Shown: one piece after another, positions 12,000 through 25,455 of the stretch | How the letters are laid out: the number at the start of each line of letters is the position of its first letter | Position numbering within the stretch: the stretch's first letter is position 1 | Assembly (NCBI GenBank): GCA_034780895.1 | Contig: JAUZTB010000083.1 | Location: forward strand, 8,338,999 to 8,402,998 | Reading direction: 5' to 3' | Source of the DNA: Rhynchobatus australiae | Taxonomy: Eukaryota | Length of the DNA stretch: 64,000 nt | Translations under genes and position numbers: made by a program | Notes under the pieces: generated by a model | What the model saw: the letters and a program-made list of their open reading frames with translations, nothing else | Told to the model about the DNA's origin: nothing | Databases searched by the model: none

Positions 12000-12850
12000 C
12001 AAATTTCTACACTGATTCTGTCAAATGACTGAAACAACTCTTTCAAGTCATGTGACATTAGATTGTGACTATGGAAGCCATTCTTCTTGGGCTATCTCTA
12101 GTCTTTAACATAGTTAACTAGAGTACCTTTAGCACCTCTTCACCATTTTCCACCATTGCCGGGTAACTGCACCTTTCAGTTGCAGTCAGGGAATTGATTG
12201 CACCTTCTTATAGGTCTACTCTGTTGTTTTCCCAGGATTGATCATTGTTTCCCCTCTTTTTAAAGTCTTTTTACTGCTACTTAGAAACCACCTCTGGTTC
12301 CATGTGTGCTGATGGGTCCCAGGTTTACCTTACCACCACCCCTCTCATCCATTGTCCAGCTCTGTATGCTCATCATTTTCCTCCAAACAAATGTTGGGAA
12401 GATCAAAGCTAGTGGCTTTGATTCCTGAAAAAAGAACTTTGTTTCTCAGCTACGAATTCCAATCCTTTCCTTGGCAGTTTTCTGAAAATGAGCCAGGCTA
12501 TTCACAATGCTGGTATCATGTTTGATCACTAGATGAGCTTCTGTCCACATATAGATTTATTATTCTTAACACTTCCACCTCTGTAATTTTGTGTGACTCT
12601 TATACTTACCCTAGCTTATCAGCTGATGAAAATGTCTCTGCTTTTTTTACTAGTCTATTCCAAAGTGCTCCCGACCAAATTCCCATGTTCTGTCTGCCAC
12701 AAAACAATATCAAATCTGGGCTCAATGTCCTCATATCCAGAATACGATTTACGCAGTGCACCTCTTAGTGCTCGCTATTCTGCTTAGGCTCCTCGCAAAA
12801 CAACAACCTTATTTTAAAATTCCCATTGTGGACTGGTTCCAGATTTTGTC
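12000..12850 (+). mobile_element. Highly decayed L2 LINE fragment
   Basis: Pyrimidine-rich, ending in cacctcttagtgctcgct...ggctcc...ttttaaaattc, resembling the L2 ORF2 C-terminal region. Confidence 0.4.
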
Positions 12851-13877
12851 TAATTACTTCCTTGTGAAAGGTATAGAATTTTGTCCTCTAGTTCAAGATG
12901 CTATTAAAAGCACAAGTGGTTGTAAGGTAGAATGGTGCAATGTGATGTTTTCAAATGATTATTTATTACATTACAGGAGAGAGAGGTTCTTAGCTGGTTC
13001 ACTGGGCTGTAGACTCATGACTTTTAAGCATGAACGTTCAAAGTAGTAGTTGACATTAAATAATGTGCTTGGAATACACATTTCAACTGAATATAGTTTT
13101 GTGAAAATAAATTTCAGGCCAATTGGAAGCAACCACCTGTGCCAGTTCACCAATGCTTTCTCTAGGTGCCTGTTTGTGGATGTCTATATGGGATAAACCA
13201 TCAGTCAATAACTGGGACAGTACCTACTCAGCAAAGCTGGGAATGTATTTCAAATGAAAGCTCCCTTCCTGAGGACTTAAGATCCTATTAACCTCAGGAA
13301 ACCCTCAGATAGCTGTTTTATTGGAACAAAGTTTTCAATTGTCTGTGAAATTGTTTCTCTGTCAGATGATTATTTTGTGTGGCATTTTGAAACCAGTTTT
13401 AGTCTTTGCTCTGCCAATAGGCTTTTGGCAAACACACACATGTGATCACTGCAGCTGTCTCTGAAGTTGAACAATGTTCTTGATTACATGGGCATGATCT
13501 ATTGCTTTGATAGTATGTTCAGTATTATAATACCTTTTTAAGAAGTGATAGGAACTAATTATATATTCTATTCCAACTGAGATAGACTTTTGTAATAGCC
13601 ATAGCTGGTGAGTCCTTAGCTANNNNNNNNNNNNNNNNNNNNNNNNNNNNNNNNNNNNNNNNNNNNNNNNNNNNNNNNNNNNNNNNNNNNNNNNNNNNNN
13701 NNNNNNNNNNNNNNNNNNNNNNTGAGTCCTTAGCTACAGTGGTTGTCCATGTGATATTTCTCCTTGGTAAGTTTTGTCTTAATTTTTGAAATCATCTTCA
13801 GCGCTGGGGTGTCATTTCAAAAGAAAATGTGATGTACACACAATTTAGTTTTATGTGATTGCATGCTTAATAGTGAA

Positions 13878-14131
13878 TAGGCGACCCCCGCATTACAATG
13901 GCAATTGTGTTCCTAGAAAACGGGCTTTGTATTGCGATTTTCTGAAGCTCAAAGCTGCATCATCTGTGCATGCATCAAGAAATTGAGTTGAATAAAAGAA
14001 ATTTTTATGTTGATTTATTTACTTTTTTTTCTACATAAATTCTTTGAGAGCGAAATTTTTGGGTAGTGATTTGAGAATTCTGTAAGCGGGATTTTCTGTA
14101 ACTTGAATGGCCTTAACGTAGGGATTACCTT
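13878..14131. mobile_element. Non-autonomous Tc1/mariner (Tigger/pogo-like) MITE
   Basis: Left end aggcgacccccgcattac versus reverse complement of right end aggtaatccctacgttaa: 11/18 identical, mismatches mostly CpG-type transitions. TA adjacent to the ends. Confidence 0.5.
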
Positions 14132-14156
14132 TATAAGTGACAGTGAGATCTCTTAT

Positions 14157-14640
14157 TCAGATGAGTTTATTGTCATATACACCAGGGTGCAATAAATACA
14201 GTGATGAGCACAATGTAGTGGTGCAATCTGAACTAGTGCAAAAAGAAATGATAGGTGACAATAACGGAATAACCAAGAGAGGTAGAATTAAGAGTCCAAG
14301 AACGTGGCAGCACCAGCACTGTAGAAGTTTTGACAGAATCCTCGTAGACAAGCCAAATCTTCTCAGACACCTAAGAAGGTACATATGCTGATGTGCTTTC
14401 TTGATTACTGCATCAGTATGAAGGGACCAAGTGAAGTTGCTGGAGATATGGATGACTAGGTCAACCATCTCTACAGCAGCTCCTTTTAATGAGGATGCAG
14501 CTGTGTTCACAACCCTTCACCCTCCACTTCTTTAGGTCAACAATCAGCTCATGCGTCTTGTTGACATTAAGTGTTAAGGGCTAGGTTGTTGTTCTGAAAC
14601 AAGGTTTGCAGTTTCTTTCCTGTACTCCATCTCATCATTG
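14157..14640 (-). mobile_element. Rex1/Babar-type LINE fragment
   Basis: ORF 14157-14510 HISSNFTWSLHTDAVIKKAHQHMYLLRCLRRFGLS. Tail gagtttattgtcat. Confidence 0.82.
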
Positions 14641-15719
14641 TTAATTTGGCCAATATGATGGGGACTTGCTCTATTAATTGGCATACATTGTTTAGTTTTG
14701 TTTGTTGACCCTTGAGTGGAATTGCAATGACGGTGCTTTAAAGGAAATATATACTTGTGTCTCCCAAATAAGCCAGGGAAAAATTTGTTTGATGGTTTTC
14801 CATATTGCCATGTATCAGTTAAAGTGAAGGTTTAAGGAGGAAATGCTTTATTTCCACTGCCAATAATTTGGGATAGTTCTGCTCAATTCTTTATCTTAAC
14901 TGGAAAAACATGCACAAATGCCATTCTTTCATGTGTAATAGTTTACTCAGGACATGGACTGTTGTCTTCTCTTGGACAGTTTCTGAGGGTCAAGGAGCAC
15001 TTCTTCTGTGGTTCTCTGGGTGGCTGATGAGACCAGGGTGGGGTGGGGGCAGGAGATGGGTAGTTTAAGAAGTGATGCGCTCAGCCATTTACACTGACTT
15101 GCGTGTGCTTCCAATGAATGGACTCAAATGTTCTCAAAGCCATTCCAAATGTTCCTTCTGCAGGTTGAGCAGTCATGAACCATGTATTCCCATGAGTCAG
15201 TGGAAGTGTTACACCTTTTTCTAAGAGACTTTGAAAACGTCCTTGAATAATTTTTACTTTCTCTTGTGATGGTAGTCTGTGGAGTAGAGTGTCTGTTTTG
15301 GGATTCTGGGGTCTGGCATAGCATTGATCCTCATTGGATCCATCTGAATATAATTTAGACCTCAGTGCTGGGGATGTTGACCTGGGAATAATGATGATGT
15401 TAGTTTGCTTATCCTTCCAATGAATTTACAGGATTTCATGGAGGTGGCATTGCTGGGATCTTTCCTGTGCTTTGAAGTCCTGGCTGTAGGTAGTATACGT
15501 CTCAGAAGTGTGTAGAAGGGTTCCGATTACTGCTTCCCTTTAGATCATGAGCTTTGTGGTGAGTTTGAGGTCTTGATCTGTAAACACTCTTCTCCTTAGT
15601 TGGTCAGAGGCTGTACCGTCTCACAGAAGATGATGGTGAATTTTGTCATTGCTGTCCACCTTTGCTGAGAGATAACTTTTGAGGCCTTAAATGTATCCAT
15701 TTTATATTAGGACGTTGAG

Positions 15720-15878
15720 GAAAAAACAAACTATTGGAAGAACTCAGCAGGTCAAGCAGCATTTGTGTAAGCAATGATTGATATTTCAGGTCGAGACGCT
15801 GCATCAGAACCCACTGAGTTCTTCCAGCTGTTTATGTTTTGCTCTAGATTCCAGCTTCTGCAGTCTTTTATGTCTCTT
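15720..15878. mobile_element. Penelope-derived mini-element with inverted terminal repeat halves
   Basis: aaacaaactattggaagaactcagc versus ctgagttcttccagctgtttatgtttt (inverted). Decayed hammerhead-like motif on the minus strand at 15776-15810. Confidence 0.7.
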
Positions 15879-16123
15879 TTCAGGGGTTTGTTGTGGATCC
15901 TTATTGTCGAGGAGTGTTATTATAAACTGGGGCAATTTGGTAGAGAATCTTTTGTTTTGTGAATGCTAAGTGTCAGGTTCACTCTCCTGAATACTTCATT
16001 GAATGCGTTGTCAATTACTTGGAGCTTTGCTTCAGACGTACACAGATGGAAGCATTGATCCATGTAATACAATGACTGAAGTTGGGGTAAACTTAGTTCT
16101 GGAACAGAGGTAATGTAGATTAC

Positions 16124-16335
16124 AGAATCAGAATCAGCTTTATTTTCACAGACATATGTAATGAAATTTGTTGTCTTGCGGCAGCGATACAGTGCAAGAC
16201 ATAGATATAAAAATTAATATAACTTACAAAAATAAATAGTACTAAAGAGGAATAGTGAGGTAGTGTTCATGGACCATTCAGAAACCTGATGATGGAGGAG
16301 ACAAAGCTGTTCCTGAAGTGGTGAGTGTGGGTTTA
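16124..16335 (-). mobile_element. Rex1/Babar-type LINE 3' end
   Basis: (agaatc)2 microsatellite tail plus tttatt, then ccattcagaaacctgatgatggagg...aagctgttcctgaa. Confidence 0.75.
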
Positions 16336-18164
16336 AGTGTGGATTTAACAATTTTTCATTTGTTGTGTTGATTTGCNNNNNNNNNNNNNNNNNNNNNNNN
16401 NNNNNNNNNNNNNNNNNNNNNNNNNNNNNNNNNNNNNNNNNNNNNNNNNNNNNNNNNNNNNNNNNNNNNNNNNNNNTTTGCTTCACTCCATCAAGATATG
16501 TGCTGAATGGAGTATTTGTTTAGTATTGAGCTGCAAAAGGTTGAGAGAAAGGTTGGGTCTTTGACTCAACCTTGCATGATGTGATCTGCACTGAGAATGA
16601 ATGTTGTTGACCCATTGATTAAGATCATGGTTTGCTTTCCATCATGTAGCAGAAGAATTTTGGAGTTGAATTTATGTGGGTGGCCAAATTTGAGATTCAT
16701 TGAACATGGAAGTCAAAGGCATTTGTGAGGTTAAAGAGGACCATGTATAGTGGTTGATGCTTCTCCCTGCATTTCTCTTGGAGATGCTGCATAATGAACA
16801 CAATATCCAATTTGCCTCCAGATGGGTAGAATCCACACTGCAGTTCAGTGAGTAGTCACTACAAGGAGGCAGTTCGGGAGAACCTTGGCAACGACTTTCC
16901 CTGTAGCAAATGTCAGAGGGACTGCTCTATATTTACCATAGATCAGATTTCTCTCCTTTCTTGTGAGTGTCATAGTTACAGCATTTTAGGTCCCCTGTCA
17001 CGTCCTCCTTTTCCCGAATGTGCAAAGTTGGTTTGTGCAGTTGTGACTAAAGTTCTTTTCTGCCAAGTTTTAGAACTTCAAGTTGGTTCTGGTGCTTATG
17101 AGGTGGTCATGGCAGAGAGGAACTTGTGACTTGTTATTGGTTTTGGGTTACAGTAAGGAGAACTGGATAATTTTTTGTGGCTTGGAGCCATGGTTGGAGT
17201 TAGTCAAAGTGCTCCTTAGAATGAATTTAAGAGTGCTCTTATGTTCACCTCTGATCTTGACTCTCACTAAGGCAAACCCTTGGGTGTTTATCCCATTGAT
17301 GACCTTGGCAGAGCTGAGATATCCCATTGATGACTTTGATAGTGTTGTCCTATCTTGCTCCTTCCATCCATCATCAATTCTTTAGGTTATGGATTTTCTG
17401 TTGGACTTCAGCTGCCATAGAGCTGTTTCTTTTCCCTAGAGGCATGGTGGAATTTTAAAACTAAGAACACCATGCTTTTGTGCTAATTAGCTCCTGGATT
17501 AGCTGGTCATGCTCATCTAACCAGTCCCAGTAGAGAATACCTTCACAGGTGCTAATTATTTTGGACAGCTGGGAAGGAAAAGTTGGGATCTGGAAAAGTG
17601 GGGATAGAAAAAGAAAGGTTTGAGATTGAAGTAGTTCAATGAAGGTAAAGGGAGCCCCTTCACGTGGTCCTCCCTCTAGATATTCACACCCCATGATCTG
17701 TCATACTCATCATTGCTACCAGCATCAGAGTGGCTGGCTGGTAAGGAAATACCCAGAAAAGGTGGACTCTTTTTAAATTATCAGAATGAAGATGACTTAG
17801 GAGGTGGATATGGGGAGGATAGTGTGAGGTAGGGAAAGGTGCGGAGGACGAGAGGAAAGGCTTGGTGCAGGGAAAAAAAGGGGCTGAGGTTCATGGGCTA
17901 CATATTCAACATAACTGTCTCAGCACANNNNNNNNNNTCCTTGCATTTCCACATTTTTTATATAGATAAGAGGCAAACCAATGCAGGAGAAAGTAAAGAA
18001 AGCTGCATCCTGCTCAGAACATACCTTTATCAATTCACCAACAATGCGGCAATCTAATTTTGTAGTCTGGAGAAACACAAGTTTAATAAATTGCACAAAC
18101 TACTTTTGATGTGTATTGAAGTTGGAGTCTATTCAGGCAGATCCTATCTCTTCAGATAATGCTA

Positions 18165-18330
18165 AGAGATTGTTAAATCCATCTGAGGGAACAGATGGAA
18201 CGTTCAATTAATAGTTGAAACTTGGCACATCAATCCTGCACTATCAGCCAAGATTGTGCTTGGGTGGGGCTTGAATGCATAACAATTGATTAAAAAAATG
18301 TCATCACTAAGTCATAGGCTGACACCCTTG
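18165..18330 (-). mobile_element. DeuSINE-like fragment
   Basis: tccatctgagggaacagatgg...ctgcact...cagccaagattgtgct...gggcttgaa resembles the recalled antisense Deu/SacSINE sequence. Confidence 0.45.
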
Positions 18331-18511
18331 AATGAGAAGTTACCTGTTTTGCTGATGCCTTTTTCTGTGCCTGCAGGGTACGAAAACAGAAATTAAAGTT
18401 TGTAAATGCTTAACTTTTGGTTGACTTTTGGAATTTTTGCAGCTGTAATAATTTTAAAATCTTCATTGCGTGGCTTAAAAGTTTACACCAAATGGTTTTG
18501 ACCTTTGTGAG

Positions 18512-18925
18512 AACATCAGGCTCTGTACCTCCTGCTGGATGGTAGCTGCAAGAAGATGACATGGCCTGGATTGGGANNNNNNNNNNNNNNNNNNNNNNNN
18601 NNNNNNNNNNNNNNNNNNNNNNNNNCCGATGGTGGGGAGGGATGTGCCCGTGATGTATTGGGCTGAGTCCACTACTCTCTGCAGCTTCTTATGTTCCTGT
18701 GCATTCGAATTGCCATCCCAGACCATGATGCAACCAGTCAGGATACCTTCAACGATACATCTGTTTGGTGAAATGCCAAACCTCCTTAACCTTCTAAGAA
18801 AGTAAAAGTACTGGCATACCTTCCTTGTGATTGCATCTATGTACTGGGCCCAGGGCAGGCCATACAATATCTTAATGCCCAGGAGTTTAAAGCTGCTGTC
18901 TTTCTCCACTGCCGATCCCCCAATG
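18512..18925 (-). mobile_element. Rex1/Babar-type LINE fragment
   Basis: ORF 18475-18909 FKLLG...YFLRRLRRFG...ILTGCIMVWDGN...KKLQRVVDSAQYITG. Confidence 0.88.
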
Positions 18926-19439
18926 TTGGGCCGAAGGACCTGTTCCTGTGCTGATTCTGTTGTATTGATTTATCCCAGTCAGCCCTTGGCTTAGTTTATT
19001 TCAAATATGGTAGATTTTACTCTTGAGGTGCAACAAGTGTTTTGATAACTTCACAACAAAATAGTTACTAATTCACATGGATTGCTTTCTCAAGGTTGAA
19101 AATAACATGGTTTCCATAATGGATTGTATCAGTATTTCTATTTTCATGTCCAATACTGTTAGGTGCAAAGTGTGGTTCTCTCTGCTCTGCTTAAAATGCA
19201 TCAGCCACAAATTCAGAACAGCACTTCCTAATTCATCAGTGTAGCAGTTTTTTTAAAGTTATAAGCCAGCTATCCTATTGCAATGAATTTGTCATTTACT
19301 GGTGAAGTTGGACGAGATTTGTACTGAGCCTGATTTGACTCTGAAGTAGTCTTTTCACAAAGGGTTCTTCCAAGCAGAAGACAGATGAGAGTTAGAAACT
19401 TAGTGCAGGAGGAAGCCAGAAAAAGTGTTTTTATACCCC

Positions 19440-19705
19440 AACTCCCCAATTTTTCCCCCATCGCTACGTAGAATTTTCTGTTTCAGGTATTTATCCAATT
19501 CCTTTTTGAAAGTTAAGACTGAATCTTCTTCCACTAGCAGTGCGTTCTAATGTAGCCACTCACTACATCAATATAATGGTCTCATTTCCCCTCCCCTGCC
19601 CCTGCCAGATCATCTTGCTGTCCTCTGGGTTATAGTGTTCCTTCTTGTTGAAGCAGTTTCTCCTTACTTGTTCTAGGTAACTCATAATTTTGAAGACCTT
19701 CATTT
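19440..19705 (-). mobile_element. CR1 3' end, decayed
   Basis: tatttatccaattcctttttgaaag...gaatcttcttccac...cagtttctccttac...ctcataattttgaagacc. Confidence 0.65.
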
Positions 19706-22700
19706 CATCATACTGCATTGGGTTTGAACCACATAGATCAAATGTGTCTTAAATATTGGTGAACTTCAATGGATTGGCCACTTCCCTTCCCCGATCTACT
19801 GCATGTTCTCTATCTCCAGGTTCCTTCATAGTTATTTTAACACTAAAGAAAAGTTTTTAATTGTTAGAAGTCCTTTTCTTACCTGACTGTCTTACACATG
19901 ATGAGATTCTTCTTCCACAATACAACTATGGTAGAGAAGGGTGGAAAATGTAAAATACACTTTCACCCATATGTTAACCAGACAGTGCCTGATTTACTGA
20001 AAAGGAACTGAATTCTTCAAGGTACCAGTGGTAAGAAATGGAAAATTAGGCACTAATTTGGTAATGTTCCATGCCATGACTTCAACTGTGCAGTAAATGA
20101 CCACCTTTTTAGAAGCTGGTATATTTTCACTGCTGGGTATAATTAAGCAAAAGAATATTGGAGAGTATTTGTAACAGGCAGACACCCATTTCAATAGTTT
20201 AATCAGACAGTGTTAAAATTTATTCCTTGGTGACATTGGAAAACCAGCCCACACACATTTTAACAGTATAATTAAAGATGAGGTGTGTAGTAAATTAATC
20301 TTGTATCAACAGTTGTATTTTCAAAAAGGATTGTGATAAGAAACTTCCAATTTAATTTCTTTTTCTTTTACATTTTAAAATTAACACAGTGGAATGTTTA
20401 CATAATGGTTTGATTTTTCTGTATGTTCAGCTTCCAGTCTGGTAGATAGAGATGCCCGACCTAGACTGCACCTTAAATCCTTGTCTTTTCTGGCCACCAG
20501 GTACAGCACCATTGGCAGATGGGCTTCAGATTTAGATACATGGTTGAGTTAACACATGCAAGGAAGGAAAAGAAAATGATAAACCCCAAATAGCCTTAAA
20601 TATACTGCTGCTAAAGATGTAGGTGCTCCCACTGGAACTTTGGTCAGAGTGGTCTCATGACATGTTAGGCCATGAATTGAAGAACAGACCTCCCTTCCAT
20701 ACAAAGTGACTTTGTGTGGCGTCTGAAGTTCCAAAATGAAAAGAAAAAAACAGATTTGTCATTTGCTATTTATCTTTCAATTCCTTTTGCATTGTTAATT
20801 CCCCTTTTCAGCTGTGTCTTATTTCACTCATTTGGTCCACTTTGTTTCTTGCTGCTGCTCGATTCCTGAGCACTGATCTGGAAGTTAACATATTAAAACT
20901 TGATTTAACGATCATTGCAGGAATATTGTTGAAAGCACCTGTTACTGTATTCTGTGTTCTCTTTCCTGAGAATGGTGAAGTAAAAGGAAGGCACAGTAAA
21001 TAAGGAGAGGGATAGGAAGTTGGAAAAGTAAATGAACCAAGCAGCATTGTTTCATGGAGTCATTTCTGCTTTTGAAAAATTTTTTGGGACACTACATTAG
21101 TTTGATACCAACTGTATCTGGCAATGTCTTGCTTTCCAGGTTCTATTGGCGAGCTAGGTTGTCAGGCTGAACAATCATTACTCAGGCATGCTTTCCTGAA
21201 TTCATTTCTCTGAGTCAAGCATGGAGAGTTCATGAAGCTACTTCTATTCTGTTTTGAATACCTGGCCTATTGTTAACTGCCTTGGTGGTGGTGCAGGGTC
21301 GGGTGGGAGAGGAGTAGGAACATGTATACAACAAAGTTATTCCTTCAATGGCCTCAGTTTAGTAAGTTTTGATGTGAAATTGCTAAACATTTGACCCCTT
21401 GTTACACAAAAGCAAAAATGCAAATGACACAACAAAATTCAAATGATTTTTTTTCATTTTAAGCTATGGACACCAACCATTGGATAACAGCTGATGAACA
21501 GGATCAGTAAAATTCACAAGATGAACTATTATGGAGCTATTTTTTCCTAATGTGCAAATTTTTGTGCCATATGCACAAATTTATCTAGTTTATGCATTCA
21601 GATGAAGGTAAAGTATAAATGTATTGTAGAAGTGACATACAAAACATAAAAACACTAGAATGAAGACTGTTGAGCAACAATGGATGATTATGAAATTTTT
21701 AACATGATGTTAAACAGCAATGATCGAATCCATGCTGGTATTTTTGGAAATACCTGAGAGACCTTTTTTACCAGTGCTACCCAGTTGTGATACAGAGGTT
21801 GGTCTGAACACAGTTGAAGTGTCAGACGAGGAAAGCCCGTAGTCTGTCGAGGACAAAAAATACCAAAGGCAAACTTCTTTCATCTCTCATCAAATGCCAT
21901 ACTAGTGTAGTATTTATATCTGTGTCACAGGTTGGTATCATTAAAAATACCAAATGCAAACTTCTTTCATCTCTCATGCACTAATTATGGTGACACATTC
22001 TCTGTGGTAGAATATATGTTCTATCTGNNNNNNNNNNNNNNNNNNNNNNNNNNNNNNNNNNNNNNNNNNNNNNNNNNNNNNNNNNNNNNNNNNNCTACCG
22101 TGCTTCTTATTGTTTAGTGAATGATTTTCTTTAATGCATGGGAACCCCAACCCTTGGTGGTCTCTGCTTTTTGTTCCATCTGTGTATAATGCGAAGCATT
22201 TTAGTATGGTGATAATTATTTTTGTATACCTCTTCCCCCCTGCACAAATGTTCATAAGGCTATTGAGCTTGCCAGAATAGTTTTTCCCTTTCAGGCAGAG
22301 AGAGGGGTAGAAAGCTTAGCTAAATCTGTGATAACCTCAATTATAAAAATGTTTGCCTTTGTTTCTGATGGATTTATCTTCATTTGAACTGGTGGTAGAT
22401 TTTTCCCCCTACATTGAACTCGCACCCAAAAGGAATACCAGTTGAGATCATAACTAGTTTAACCTTCAAAAGCTTTACTTGACAGGAGCCAAATCAGTCC
22501 ATTTCTAAAAGGTAACTGGACAATGATTCTACAAATGCAGGAGAAATTCATTGCCCCTTTTCTGCCATGCTTTTGTGCAACAGATGAAATATTGAGACGT
22601 GCTCATCTTCATAATACCTGATATTTAGTTGAGGTGCTTTNNNNNNNNNNNNNNNNNNNNNNNNNNNNNNNNNNNNNNNNNNNNNNNNNNNNNNNNNNNN

Positions 22701-23344
22701 NNNNNNNNNNNNNNNNNNNNNNNNNNNNNNNNNNNNNNNNNNNNNNNNNNNNNNNNNNNNNNNNNNNNNNNNNNNNNNNNNNNNNNNNNNNNNNNNNNNN
22801 NNNNNNNNNNNNNNNNNNNNNNNNNNNNNNNNNNNNNNNATTGATCTTCTTCTGTTGTCTTTGAGTGAATGAGATACTTGTTCCAGTGTTGAAGACTGGA
22901 AGAAAAATGCACTTTATAAAGGTGGTTTAAAAGGAAAATAAGTGATTGGCCAAAAAAGGAAAGCATCCAAATTTACAGCATAAAGTGACCATTTGGACCT
23001 CTTGTGAAAGTAGTCTAAATAAAACTGTGCCTCCCCTTTTTTTATTGATTGTAATTTTCTTTGTGTCAATATTCAATTTTCTTTTACAGAATATAGTCAT
23101 CTTTTCCTCAACCAGTACTTGTAGCAAAATATTATCCATGTTCCAACAATCCTCAATATAAGAAGAATTTTCTACAAACCTCATTTTTTAGTCAGTGACT
23201 GTTTAAACTTATTTGACCATTGTCACTGATATAGAGCATTGCCTTGTTACTGGGACTGAGAATGCAAATGGATGAAGAGTGGAACTCTCCGGTAAAATGG
23301 TAATTATCTTGACTTGAGAAGGACATGAGAGAATTCTGAAGTAT

Positions 23345-24029
23345 AAAAAAAAATGCGGCTTTTGGAATTCTAAAATAAAAACCAAGGTTCAGGTTTACTA
23401 TTATACACAGTATTTTTATTTAATAACATACTGGAAATACTCAGCAAACAGCATCTTAGAATAGAGAGCCTAATGTTTCAAACTAATTATCTTTCATCAC
23501 GTGGGAACAATTATAGATAAAACAGGTATAAAGATGCAGAAAGGGGATTTGACAGGTAAGGCAAGAATAAAAAGAAAGGTCTTTGGTAGAGTGAAAGGCA
23601 CAAGAGATTAAATGACGAGCAATGATCATGTAATGCAAAAGGGAGTAGCAGTGTGGCAAGTAAAGCAGCAACAGATGGGTTTAGAGAAGGGGAAAATAGG
23701 AATAACAAGATCTTTATTTGAAATTATGAATTTCTTTATTGACTCTTAAAAAGCTGCAATGTACCCAGTCGGAAGATAAGGTGAATGTTCTTGGATGTTG
23801 TGTGGAGCTTAATTGGAACAGTGTAGGAGGCTCAGCTTGATTCTTGGCAGGTGACTGGAAGCAGACGAATCAGGGTGACAGACGACTGGAAGCTTGGATT
23901 ATGCTTAATGATTTAAAAGTCTTCTGCAAAGCAGTCACTGAACCTTCACTTAGTCTCCTGACATTAAACAAATCGATGGAGAGCAGCAAGTACACTCTAC
24001 TGAGTGGAAAGATTGAAAGTGTGTTTGGG
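23345..24029 (-). mobile_element. Penelope-like element (terminal repeat plus GIY-YIG region), decayed
   Basis: ctggaaatactcagc terminal repeat. ttctgcaaagcagtcactgaaccttcacttagtctcc is the antisense of the GETK.RL...FAE segment seen at ~46450-46490. Confidence 0.65.
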
Positions 24030-24579
24030 NNNNNNNNNNNNNNNNNNNNNNNNNNNNNNNNNNNNNNNNNNNNNNNNNNNNNNNNNNNNNNNNNNNNNNN
24101 NNNNNNNNNNNNNNNNNNNNNNNNNNNNNNNNNNNNNNNNNNNNNNNNNNNNNNNNNNNNNNNNNNNNNNNNNNNNNNNNNNNNNNNNNNNNNNNNNNNN
24201 NNNNNNNNNNNNNNNNNNNNNNNNNNNNNNNNNNNNNNNNNNNNNNNNNNNNNNNNNNNNNNNNNNNNNNNNNNNNNNNNNNNNNNNNNNNNNNNNNNNN
24301 NNNNNNNNNNNNNNNNNNNNNNNNNNNNNNNNNNNNNNNNNNNNNNNNNNNNNNNNNNNNNNNNNNNNNNNNNNNNNNNNNNNNNNNNNNNNNNNNNNNN
24401 NNNNNNNNNNNNNNNNNNNNNNNNNNNNNNNNNNNNNNNNNNNNNNNNNNNNNNNNNNNNNNNNNNNNNNNNNNNNNNNNNNNNNNNNNNNNNNNNNNNN
24501 NNNNNNNNNNNNNNNNNNNNNNNNNNNNNNNNNNNAAAGATCACATGATCAATCTGTTACATTCAAATTTAAACCAACA

Positions 24580-25455
24580 GACATGTTGACAAGCACACAA
24601 ACCTAACAGAAGAAATACATGTACTGATAGAAAAAAGAAAATAAGATTGGCTTCACGAGGTTGAAAGTATAATTATCAGAATGCAAAACTGAAAAGTTAA
24701 ACCATAATAAATTCTGCTGTCTTGTGGGTAAATGAAGCTGTTTGCAGACATGCAAGGATGAGATGCAGAAGGATTCAGGTGTCCTAGTGCATGTGCAGGT
24801 ACAGCGAGTAATTAAAAAAGCTAACAATGTTATCACACTGCCAGAAGGTTGTATTTTAAGTACGGAAGTTATGCTTCAGTGATATAGGAATTAGTGAGAC
24901 CACATCTAGGGTATGAGTACAGCATTAGTCTCCTTATTTAAGGAAGGATATTAATGCATTGGAAGCAGTTCACAGGATGTTTACTAAATTAACCCCTAAA
25001 ATTATGGGTTGTCTTTTGGGGAAAGGTTGGACAAACTGAGTTTGCATGTGCAGGAGAGAGTGGTGACTTGATAGCAAAATACAAATCCTGAGCAGTCTTG
25101 ACAGAGAAGATGTTGGATGTTAAGAGGATTTTTGTCTTATGGAAATACTTAGAACTGGGGGTGGGGTCATTATTTAAAAAATAAGGGGTGGCCATTTTAA
25201 ACAGATGATGTGATTTTTCTTTCACTCTGAGCGTTATAAATCTTCAGAACCCTTTTCCTCAAAGTGCAGTGGAAGTGGTGTCTTTGAGTATTTTAAAACA
25301 GAAGTAAATAGATTCATAAGCAAGCAGATGAAACATTAGCTCAAATGGAAGGGAATCCAGAGTTGAGGTTGCAGTCAGATCAACCATGATGTTATTAAAT
25401 TGGTGGAACGAGCTTGTGGGTTTGAATGACCCTACTCCTGTTTCTAATCCATATG
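24580..25455 (+). mobile_element. CR1 LINE 3' part
   Basis: aggattcaggtgtcctagtgcat, gtgagaccacatct, tctccttatttaaggaaggatat...ttggaagcagttca. 3' UTR agatcaaccatgat...cctactcctg. Confidence 0.82.

Larger units (their letters stand above)
14964..17560 (-). mobile_element. RTE (BovB-like) LINE, long decayed copy with nested insertions
   Basis: Collinear minus-strand motifs: DWLDEHDQLIQELI (~17500), KKGEKSD..YRAV (~16940), LQCGFYPSGG...LQEKCREKHQPLYM (~16740-16855), LKFGHPHKF..LLHD (~16680), CNTSTDSWE..HDCSTCRRNIWNG (ORF 15124-15324), then the RTE tail at ~14964. Confidence 0.88.

Noticed and set aside
21856-21977. Repeat-spacer-repeat as a CRISPR array
   Set aside because: Only two units, vertebrate context, no cas genes.
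21460-23200. Coding-like AT-rich sequence as a DNA transposase remnant
   Set aside because: No catalytic motif or terminal repeats could be identified.
22625-24606. Longest ORFs in the track (also 42675-43346)
   Set aside because: They consist mostly of X from N-gaps and are not evidence of coding.
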